DNA of 63,795 nt, filler included, from Choristocarpus tenellus KU-1152 (taxonomy: Eukaryota > Protista > Phaeophyceae): NCBI GenBank assembly GCA_964200185.2. It is 12 parts of 12 records of this genome, joined end to end, with 100 filler letters (N's around TTAATTAATTAA, not from the genome) between each part and the next. Parts side by side here need not be neighbours in the genome. Positions count along the whole stretch, not along the records: positions 6,926 to 13,608 come from CAXNAD020007569.1; positions 13,709 to 19,729 come from CAXNAD020009150.1; positions 19,830 to 22,726 come from CAXNAD020023817.1; 9 more parts are not named here. The stretch is one strand, 5' to 3'. The translations under genes were made by a program, and so were the position numbers. Positions within the stretch are counted from its first letter, which is position 1; each line of letters opens with the position of its first letter. Shown here piece after piece: positions 13,350 to 22,726 of the stretch. The notes beneath the pieces were generated by a model. That model searched no databases and was not told where the DNA came from. It was given only the letters and a program-made list of their open reading frames with translations.

Positions 13350-13954
13350 CTGACATGGTGAATGAAATGGAAATTCCACAGAGACAGAGAAGTAAAAAGT
13401 TAATTACTCCCCTGTCCCCAGGCAAGCTTTCCGTACCCTTACCCCTTGCACACTTTGTGCTTGTAACACACACAATAATGTACCTCTTGTAACTCGGGAC
13501 TGCTAGATTCATTGTTTTGAAGAGCAGCATTCATCAATAAACAGTGGATTTTCAAAATTGAGGCAGGAGCGGGACTATGAGGATGGTTGTTTTGCGAAAA
13601 CTGTCTTANNNNNNNNNNNNNNNNNNNNNNNNNNNNNNNNNNNNNNNNNNNNTTAATTAATTAANNNNNNNNNNNNNNNNNNNNNNNNNNNNNNNNNNNN
13701 NNNNNNNNCAAAATCTACACACTTCTGCTACTCGATGCCTCTTCTAAATATGAAATCGTATGCTGTTCGATATTCGTATTTTTTATAACACAATTGTCAA
13801 GGGAAAGACAAATCTGAGTTTTGAGGACCCAATGACCAGATGGAATAAAGCAGCACCTCCCATCCCTCAGTCCTCATTTCAATTCATTCCTTTCAGTACA
13901 TACCACGCGCACCTGTTATTTGCCGATCCCCGTCACACCCTCCCAACCTTCGCC

Positions 13955-14401
13955 ATGTCCAGCATTCGCTCAACAACAACCCACCTGCCCGCCGATGGCG
14001 CTGCCCACGGATCAAGAACGTGGCACAGCGATCTGAAGGGCATGTCCTCGCTCCTAGAACATCACTACCTCGACACGTACCGGATGAAACTCGGTAACAT
14101 CACATGCACGGAGATGGTGCGTCCACTGAGCAAGCGTGGCCTTGCACGCATCAGCAAGTCTATCCACGAGAAAGGCTGGCCGGAGCAGTTTGCTCCATCT
14201 GCGGTAATCCAGCGAGACTCTTTAGGTAATGGGGACCAGCTCATCGCTGAAACCACGCTTGCCATTCAAGGACGTACACTGGACGGAAACCATAGAATAA
14301 CGGTGCTGAAGATAGAGTTTGATCCCGAACTCGCTTTCATGATGCGGGTCTACATGGAGTTCAACCAAGCAGAAGAGAGGCTAATTGCCAACGGTGGGTG
14401 A
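13955..14401 (+). CDS. ParB/sulfiredoxin-like domain protein (probably a first exon or a truncated gene)
   Basis: ATG in CGCC-ATG context. VRPLSKRGLARISKSIHEKGW...APSAVI...RTLDGNHRITVL follows the ParB/Srx pattern (R..L..SI...G...P.V...DGxHR). Possible GT donor at 14394, in-frame stop at 14399-14401. Confidence 0.6.
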   Translation: MSSIRSTTTHLPADGAAHGSRTWHSDLKGMSSLLEHHYLDTYRMKLGNITCTEMVRPLSKRGLARISKSIHEKGWPEQFAPSAVIQRDSLGNGDQLIAETTLAIQGRTLDGNHRITVLKIEFDPELAFMMRVYMEFNQAEERLIANGG

Positions 14402-14733
14402 TGGAGTGTTGTCATTATTCCATGATCACCTGATGACTCTTCTGATCTACCAAGTTGTTACCGAGTTTCCTTTGTTTAGTTCATCGTCGGTCAGCCAATT
14501 GTTGATCTTTTTGCTGTTATCTTTTTTATCCCTCGTGGTCTTTCTGTCGACAGCAACATGCTACTCACTACTGCCTACCGCGTGTGTCCCGCGACCGCTT
14601 CCCACCTACCCCTTTCCCCGTTCGCCCACTGCGATGTGTTACAAGTCCAACAACTTGCCCGAGAAAATAGATAAATGCAGATCAGCGTATCTGACAGGGT
14701 GGGGGTGGGGGGGGCAGATCGCAACAAACGATA

Positions 14734-15210
14734 GAGCCAAAGTATCTTAGAGGGTATAGTCGCGTCCATTTGGAGGCCAAAATTCAATTTTGCGATTTCA
14801 ATGTAATTTTGGTTATCGTGTTTGTTAGGAAGTGTCAATATCCTTGTTCCAGACACCTTTTTATAACGTACCTATTTTACCTACTCTGAAATATTTTTGG
14901 AGAAGGAAAATGTCATAAACCCACGAAGGAAGCCAAGTCCCAAATGGACAAGAGTCAAAGTATCTTAGAGGGTAGAGCCGCGTCCATTTGGGGACCAAAA
15001 TCCAAAGTTGCAATTTCGATGTAATTTTGGCTATCATATTAGTTAGGAGATGTCAATATCCTTGTTCCGCACACACCTTTTCATAATGTAAACAATTTAC
15101 CTACGCCGGAACATCTTGGAGTAGGTAAAATGCCATTAAAAACCTGTGGGAAGCCAAGCCCCAAATGGACAAACAGGGCAGAAATCGTACCCTCTAAGAT
15201 CCTTTCACTC
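14734..15210 (-). mobile_element. Two adjacent MITE family B copies (14734-14951 truncated; 14952-15210 complete)
   Basis: Both begin GAG(C/T)CAAAGTATCTTAGAGGGTA and are collinear with the reverse complement of 44366-44612. The first copy lacks its last ~40 bp. Confidence 0.9.
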
Positions 15211-15300
15211 AGTAGGTGTGCACACAATCTACTTTATTATTTGGTATGTGATAAGCCTGGAGAAATCGGCATGGCGCATATCAGATTTTGTTTTGCTGAA

Positions 15301-15429
15301 GACACCAGGGAGATAGGCAAGGAGGGATCCGTCAGATTCCTGGGATGCTTCCCTAGCTCCTCGCCCTGTGGTGTAGGGCTAAGCTAGGTTGGAGGCATAG
15401 CAGGGGAGTGGTGTAGTAGAGCTGGTAGT
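15301..15429 (+). mobile_element. Short 3' tail of the CRE-like non-LTR element
   Basis: 7 mismatches in 129 nt against 16091-16219 by manual alignment. Confidence 0.6.
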
Positions 15430-15925
15430 AAAATGGTAGATTGATTTTGGAGAGATATCTTTTACAAATGCGTCAACTGTTACCTTTACGGGAGTCCTTA
15501 TGATAATGAATTAGGTTTTTCTCTGACACATGTGCAAAATTTCAGAGGGCATAATAAGAAAAATAGTGCCTCATAACGCCCATATCTCTTGGTTAAGTCT
15601 GACTTTTGTATCAATACGTGTTGTGATATTTTCGTGCTGGTTTTCTAAAACAGATAATGAAGAGATAAGCTTTTGGTAGTATGCAAATACCCTCTAGAGA
15701 GGGGCCCCCGGTACAAGGTGATGGTGTGCCAGATGGAGTCAACCACCTTACATCACATTATTATGCCCTATGACAATTTGCAGATGTGCGAGGGGAAAAC
15801 CAAAGCTATACGAAAAAAAACTTGTAATAATAATAAATGTTGTTAGTGGAAAATATGCTTCTTCGAAAACATTTTACTACAATTTGAAAACTAATAATAC
15901 AACAATGCTCTCTTGAAGGATAGTC

Positions 15926-16220
15926 TCGACCATGTAATGGGTTTTCTGGAGGAGTTGGCTACGCGCACGGTAGGATGGAAAGGGCGGAAGGCTACACCAG
16001 GAAAGGAGCTGCCAAATCCCGTTTATCACATATAGTGTCTATCACTACAAAAGTGGCTCTACCAACACATGCCATGTGTTCTAAGCTGGAGACACCAGGG
16101 AAATGGGCAAGGAGGGGACTGTCAGATTCTTGGGATGCTTCCCTAGCTCCTCGCCTTGTGGTGTAGGGCTAAGCTAGGTTGGAGGCATAGCAGGGGAGTG
16201 GTGTAGTAGAGCTGGTAGTC
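15926..16220 (+). mobile_element. 5'-truncated CRE-like non-LTR retrotransposon copy
   Basis: GFLEELAT...YTRKGAAKSRLSHIVSITTKVAL is homologous to ORF 6212-6415. Possible TAGTC duplication at 15921-15925 and 16216-16220. Confidence 0.6.
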
Positions 16221-16346
16221 AAATAGTAAATATATTTTGGAGAGATATCTTTCACATTTACGACAACTGTTACTTTTTCAGGGGTTCTTATGATATTGAA
16301 TTGACTTTTTACTTGACTATCTCCAAAATGTCAGAGAGGGCATAAT

Positions 16347-16608
16347 AAATGAAAAGTATATTATTAGAGGGTACGGGTCTTGCCCTGTTTGTCCGTTTGG
16401 GGCTTGGCTTCTCACATTTTTTTTATGGCATTTTATCAACTCTAAAATGTTCGGAGTTGGTAAAATGTTTACGTTATGAAAAGGTTTGTCCGGAACAAGG
16501 ATATTGACACTTCCTAAAGAACATGATAACCAAAATTACATCAAAATCGCAACATTGGATTTTAATTCCGAAACGGACGCGGTTCTACCCTCTGAGGTAC
16601 TCTGACTC
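16347..16608 (+). mobile_element. MITE family B, diverged copy
   Basis: Collinear with 44366-44612 (TTAGAGGGTAC...GGAACAAGGATATTGACACTTCCTAA...CTACCCTCTGAGGTACTCTGACTC). Confidence 0.85.
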
Positions 16609-17205
16609 AATATTATTATGCATTGTGTATACTGCTGCTATGCCTATAACCACCTTATATCGGCTATACCGCGGCCATGCCTTAGACTGATGTAAGGGGG
16701 TAACCGTTTTTTTCTTGATATATATCATTATTTTTGGAGGTAAAATACATTTTTGGAGATGTGTCACGACGGTTTAGCCCTTCTGTATCCTGCATAATAA
16801 GGTGGTACCGCCCTATAACGCATCTAATGCATATAAACACCATTGATAATCCATGCAAGACGTGTATTTTGTATGCATGATATATGTAGTACTGATATAA
16901 CAGTACTAGAACATGAATTGGGGTATGTAAGGCTCCAATTTAATCAAACGTCTCGCCCTAGAAAGAGACTCTTTGAGTTCACAGAAAGGTGCAGGAGGGC
17001 CGAAAAAGTCACATACACCTTAGTGGCTCCTGGTCAATATACTCGGACCCTCTACCACAATACCCGATAAGGATAAGGTCCTAGTCCCTCTGTCCCATAA
17101 GTCTGGGCCGTTAAGTTGTACCTCTTCAAGATGACCTCCGATTACAAAAGGACCATTGCGTTGGATTCCTTGGAATACTTGACATTAAATAAATATATGT
17201 CGCCT

Positions 17206-19088
17206 TTATTCAACACTATCAACCCACCAATCCAGGGTCACCGAAGATGGCACTCTGTCTACTTCGTCTGATCTAGCCAGCCCGCCCTCCCACTGCCTTT
17301 TTTTGGTCTTGATGTGCTCTACCTTGAAACCGTTTCCACCCAGCGCCCTTAACACCTGATTGTACGTCTTAAACAGACTCTGCCACACCCTCTCGAACGT
17401 GTCTGTATCGTATGCGTGGAACACGCTTGAAACCCCCTCTACAAGTTCATTAATGGTGCCGTAACGCTCTGCCCAAACCCTCCTCTTCAGAGAATCAAAA
17501 ACCCCCAAATCATTGATGTCGAGATGCGGCAGCTGCACTTGGCTGCATCACGAGCTTAATCTTCCATCCCTCCTCCATCCCTGCTGTGTTCAGCTTCTGC
17601 ACTGTGCCCTTACCCGTATGCTGGGTAGCGTCGTCCTGCTGTATGGAGGCCCCGCCCGGTTCCAGCCACAGCATTTTTTCCTTGATCATTAGCAACAACT
17701 GCTCCGTATACCACTCCAGGTACCACTCGGCGTCGAAAGTGACGTCAACCTCGTACGAGTGAAAATATCTTAGAGGGTACGAGTTTTGTCCTATTCGTTC
17801 ATTTCGGGCTTGGCTTCCCATGAGCTTTCTTATGACATTTTCTTACTCCAAAATGTTTTGGAGTAGGTAAAATGTATACGCTATGTAATGGTGTGTCGGG
17901 AACAAGGATACTGACACTTGAGTGAAAGTATCTTAGACGGTACAAGTTTTGCCCTATTTGTCCATTTTGGTGCTTGGCTTCCCACGTTTCTTTTTATGAT
18001 ATTTTCCTACTCCAAAGTGTTTCCGAGTAGGGATTATATGCGTTATGGAAAGGTTGTTCCGAAACAAGGATATTGACACTTCCTAACAAACACGTTAGCG
18101 AAAATTACATCAAAAATCAACATTGGATTTTGGTCCCCAAATGGATGCGGCCCTACCCTCTAAGATACTTTGGCTCACTTCCTAACAAACACGATAGCCA
18201 AAATTATATCAAATCGCAACATTGGATTTTGGCCCCAAATACGCCGCCCTACCCTCTAAGACACTTTTACTTTACTCCTCGCCCTTTGTGTGTCGTGCTG
18301 TAGTGTCTGTTGCGCCTCCTTTGTGGCGCAAACCTGCCAGGTCCCAATCTTGCCGTCGAAATCATGGGAAGGATCTGGGCGCGAAATGGTGAAGACTTTG
18401 GGAATGTGACTCTTGTGCTGCACCTTCATCGAGCCCACCTTTCCCTCCCCCAGGAACATGCACACCATCTCTCGTTCATGGATGAGGTAGAACCACACCT
18501 CGTCAAAGTGAATGGTGTTTAGGTCAGTCCTGTAGGTTTTGTGATAGTGGGAAATCTGGTCGAGGATGAAGACCACCCTGTTCTTCTTGTGAGAAAACGA
18601 TAGGCTAGGGGTGGCGCGCCGCTGAACCCTCGTTACCCCCATGGCTTCGAGCCAGCGATGAACCTTTGAGCTGGCAACAGCAAGGCCCGCTTCGGCAAGC
18701 TTGGCAGAAAATTGGTTGATTGTCAGTGTGCGATTACTGGCATTGATATCTCGGATCTTCGCTTCTTTTGTTGGCATAAAGTCCGACAGCTGTCCAGATC
18801 GTGCTTATGATTTCAGGGAGACGATATTCCCCCTAACTGTTCTTTGACACGTGCCCACCCCCGTCTAGGCTGTATCTTTCCCACTCCAAACTCTTTTGCC
18901 AATTTAGACCCCACACTCCTTGGGAGCCTCTTATAACCCGGAGGAAGAGCCAATGCGTAGCGCAGAGCAAGTGTGGTCTGACCTTCCTCGGTCAGCTTGC
19001 ATTCTTTCCCCGAGATGGTGGACTTCGTGCAGGGAATGACGGGCTGTGGGGCTCGCATGGGGGTTGTGAGAATGTTATATGGGTCCAC
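17206..19088 (-). pseudogene. Mariner-type DDD transposase pseudogene
   Basis: HTH-like LPRSVGSKLAKEFGVG, then IHFDEVWFYL, KSHIPKV, FDGKIGTW, IQQDDATQH and QP.QLPHLDINDLGVFDSL (from QPxxSPDLNxxDLG). Broken by frameshifts and the MITE insertion at 17757-18272. Confidence 0.92.
17757..18272 (+). mobile_element. MITE B (TSD TAC) containing a second nested MITE B (17920-18176, TSD ACTT)
   Basis: The outer copy is interrupted at ...CTGACACTT and resumes ACTTCCTAACAAA. Removing both copies rejoins the transposase sequence (KGEE-YEVDVTFD). Confidence 0.92.
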
Positions 19089-19358
19089 TTTGCAACAGGA
19101 ATATTAAAAAATGATAAGAATATGCTCCATTCTGTGTTCCATGTTTTCGGAAACATTTCAGAACAGAATTATTGAAAAATTCTTTGATATTTGTTTTATA
19201 AATTTAATATATTTGAAGGAATCCAACTCAAAAGTTCGTTTGTAATTGGAGGTCATCCCAAAGAGAGTCATACAGTAGGCACCCCAATTTTGTTCACCCT
19301 TGGGCATGCCCGAAAAAAGCGGTACAGAATTGGTGTGATACAATATCGTTTTTGTAGT

Positions 19359-19593
19359 AATTAATCGTGGTTAGCTGGGAAATCAATAGTCCAAGCGACT
19401 GATTAATCGTGGCATTCCTGGAAAATCAATTGTCGAAGCGACTAATTAATCGTGGTGAGCTGGGAAATCAATCATCGAAGCGACTGATTAATCGTGGCGA
19501 GCTGGGAAATCAATCATCGAAGCGACTAATTAGTCGTGGGAAAATCAATCGTCGAAGCGAGAGATTAATCGTGGCGAGCTGAGAAATCAATCA
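19359..19593. repeat. Tandem repeat, ~42-bp unit, about 5.5 copies
   Basis: Unit approximately AATTAATCGTGGCGAGCTGGGAAATCAATCATCGAAGCGACT, head-to-tail with no unique spacers. Confidence 0.9.
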
Positions 19594-19829
19594 ATCCTAA
19601 GCTTCATGGATAGGATGGAAACTATTACGAGCGCTTTTTTTAATGATGTTTATGTGTTAATGCGCATCTCCCGCCTCGCCATTAGGGAGGAGAATACCTT
19701 CTGTACCTTCTACCTCAGAGTCTCTTCAGNNNNNNNNNNNNNNNNNNNNNNNNNNNNNNNNNNNNNNNNNNNNTTAATTAATTAANNNNNNNNNNNNNNN
19801 NNNNNNNNNNNNNNNNNNNNNNNNNNNNN

Positions 19830-19885
19830 CAAGCTCCAAATGGACAAACAGGGCAAAACTTGTACCCTCTAACATACTTTCACTG
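19830..19885 (-). mobile_element. MITE B terminal fragment at a contig start
   Basis: CAAATGGACAAACAGGGCAAAACTTGTACCCTCTAACATACTTTCACT matches the family B end. Confidence 0.8.
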
Positions 19886-20050
19886 ATTGATGCATATATG
19901 CAAGGGCTATGGGTTCATTTTTGCCATATAAGTTTCACCTTCACCTCACAATCACCCTCCAAGTTCAGCAAGACCTTCGAAGTATGCCATGGCTATGACC
20001 ATCAAGAACCTCCTGAACAACAAAGCGAAAAGTAGTGAAATAACACTCAC

Positions 20051-20745
20051 GTAGAGATCATCACTGCTAAGCTCTCCCCTGTTCAAGTCTCCACCCTCGT
20101 GCGTCGCTATGCCTTCAGCAGTGCCATGTGGATCCTGTGCACCTCCTCCTGCTCTATCTAGAGGTGGAAGATAGCACAGCGTCACCTCTGCTGATGACCC
20201 CTGCCCTAAACTCCTCACGACTACGTACTCGTTCACCTTTGCGATAGATCCTGGGTGGGCCAAAATTGCTCAGTCGTCGCTTGGGCATTGTAGAGGATAG
20301 CTTTTTGGGTGTTGGAGAAGTATGTGACCTAATGGCTGCTTGTGGGATTTATAGCTTTTGTCCCCCACAATATTCTCCTCCCCTATGATTAATAGTTGCT
20401 GTGGATAATAATTTTGTACTACTTCTTGGGCTAACAAATCACTTGAAAGCGATCGAATTGTAGCGTACCCAGTCCTACGCACTTTGGAGGAAGCACGGGC
20501 GACAATACAGACGACCTGACCTCGCTGAGTTCTTAAGTCTCACCTCGATCCGATCTCTCCACCTCTACCTCCTCCGTTTCAATTACGGCAATACCCTCAA
20601 GTGTTTGCTGGGTATCCGAATCTAGGGATGATCGTCGCCCAGACCGCGAAACCCTCCTAATCCTAGCTGGAGAAGTCCAAGATGACTCAATATCACCTGG
20701 AGGTTGGTCTTGTGGTTTAGAATCCCTTCCTATTTGGGGAGACAT
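20051..20745 (-). CDS. CaMKK/GRIK-like Ser/Thr kinase, first two exons (20745-20544, 20250-20051)
   Basis: GTGAG donors and a CAG acceptor join in phase: VIETEEVEVERSDRG-SIAKVNEYVVVRSLGQGSSAEVTLC. This is a Gly-rich loop preceded by the ET..V...NEY segment typical of CaMKK-type kinases. The rest lies beyond the contig end. Confidence 0.82.
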
Positions 20746-22099
20746 ACCCCCCGGTGCAGTGACACCTGTTGTGGGTCGAACGAGAACTGAACCAAAGTCC
20801 GTCGCCGCGGAGTGAGTTTCACGTAGTCCGTGTCACAAAGCTCTCGTCGCATACTGTTTAAGAGCCGATCCCACACGATGCTGTTGTACCACACAAGAAG
20901 ACTTCTGCCTCATACGTGAGGATGTTGGTGGGTGGGTGCACATACAGAAGTTTGCTTAGTAAGGCTATCAAATAGGCTGCTCTACACCACTTTGGGGGAC
21001 GGGGTGATGAGAAAACAATTGGACTTCGGTGAAGACATGGGAGATGGTCACATTTCCCACTTTGCCACAGTTTCACTCAATCTCTGTTTTCGACTGGAAC
21101 CAATGACGTCCCTTGTGCTAAAAAGTTACCCCGGAACGTCACGTCAGATGTTCCTGAAATTTTAAAAATGCTCAATTCGAAAAAGGAGTAAAACAGTAAA
21201 TAGATTAAAATCTTTCACATTTTGCGACAACTGTTACTTTTTGGGGGTATTTTTCTGACATGTGAATAGATTTCATTGGTTTTCCCTTGACACATCTATA
21301 AAATGTTGGAGGGCATATAATAAAAAAGGAGTGCATTCGAAACAGTATCAAACAATGCAGTTTAAGGGTAGTATTGAAACAGAGGTTACTTTACAAGAAA
21401 CTAGATATGGTCCAGGATTCCCATCTTGCGATGACTGCCTTGTCCCCTGATACTGTCCGATCAGGGTCTGAAAATACGGACACATTATCAACACCTACCT
21501 CATATATATGAACTCGTAGTATGTGTACTCATTCCTGATATTGTCCACTCTCTGTATGTTTTTTGCTGCACTTGTTCATGAATCGATCTTCTGTACCTGA
21601 CATACTAACCCTGTACGCCACCACTTATGCACATAGTTGTTGACAGGTCTGAGACTTACTTCTTCTGGCAGTGATGTCTGATTCAACATCCAGGGTACGA
21701 AGTTGACCTTGAGATCACTCTTGCTTGAAGTGTACTTTGATGTACACACCTGGATGATACATAGTCAAGAAATTAACCCATAACCTTCCATTACAAATAT
21801 TAAGTCTCTAAAATACTCAAAGGATGTCTTCCGATTCATCTCATCCGTACTCATTTGTGCTGCCGTATTGTATTTTATCAACCAAGTCTCTTCACAGAGC
21901 ACATTAGTTTACTCATCAAATAGGAATTTATCAAAGCTTCAGTCCACTACATCAACCCTTCTTATCACAAGACTTCAAATTTCTACATAAAGTACTTCAC
22001 CTAAAACTCACACCATCACCAATCTGTACTTCAGATAACTGTTTCATTCAGTTCTTCAGATTGACTGGGGCAATTTCGTTGAGGTCTTGAGGTAAGTTC

Positions 22100-22525
22100 C
22101 CCTGTATGTGTGCGTGCTGACCAAGTCTTCTCTGTAAGGTGTGAGGTGTGAGGTGTGAGGTGTGAGGTGGACTTTATCTCCTGGGTTGCACAGAATTAAG
22201 TCTTCACGGTTGTATGAGGAACTGAGCATCACACTCTCATCCCCAACCTCTTTGTCTGCCATCACAATGAATGTACAGAAGTAGGGCGCCTGGTCCCTGC
22301 TGTTCCTATTCGGTGTTGTTATATGTCTTCAGTTTTCCGATTATTCCTGAAGGTGTGCGTTTGCTTGCTAGTTCAAGTGCTGATAAATTTCTTCTTGGGT
22401 GAGGTGTGACATTGATGTTGGCTCCTGAATTGCATAGGATATCAATTTCTCTGTAGCACGAAGAGCTGAGCATCATGCTCCTATCATGCACCTCCTTGTC
22501 TACTGTCACCCTGAATGTGGAAGAG
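22100..22525 (-). pseudogene. Two degenerate tandem copies of a copia-like protease-region fragment
   Basis: DKEVHDRSMMLSSSCYREIDILCNSGANINVTPH and DKEVGDESVMLSSSYNREDLILCNPGDKVHLTPH are paralogous. NSGA resembles the copia DSGA protease motif. Confidence 0.35.
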
Positions 22526-22529
22526 ATGG

Positions 22530-22726
22530 GGCTCAAAGTATCTGGGGAGTGGGTGGCGGCGGTCCATTTGGGGTCACTTTTTTCTCTTCGCGATTTTTGG
22601 GTGATTTGGTTGCATACGCCTGATGGATAATGTAAATTCACTTTTCTTGATTTTGGCCCAAATGGACACCCTGATGTAGCACACACCCCCCCCCCCCCCC
22701 CCGCCCCCCCACCCCACCCCCAAAAC
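22530..22726 (+). mobile_element. MITE family A1, right TIR lost at the contig end
   Basis: GGCTCAAAGTATCTGGGG...GTCCATTTGGGG...GGTTGCATACG...CCCAAATGGACACCCTG-polyC. Confidence 0.85.

Larger units (their letters stand above)
17121..19267 (-). mobile_element. Tc1/mariner transposon related to the plant-type DD39D clade, both TIRs present, inactivated
   Basis: Imperfect ~60-bp TIRs: CCTCTTCAAGATGACCTCCGATTACAAA...GTTGGATTCCTT from 17121, and AAGGAATCCAAC...TTTGTAATTGGAGGTCATCCCAAAGAG to ~19267. TA immediately to the left. They enclose a transposase. Confidence 0.85.

Noticed and set aside
17121-19267. Mariner transposase as the mobiliser of MITEs A-C
   Set aside because: Its TIR sequence and TA target differ from the GNNN[CG]AAAGTA ends and 3-4-bp TSDs of the MITEs.
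19359-19593. CRISPR-like array
   Set aside because: Units are head-to-tail with no unique spacers, there are no cas genes, and the context is eukaryotic.
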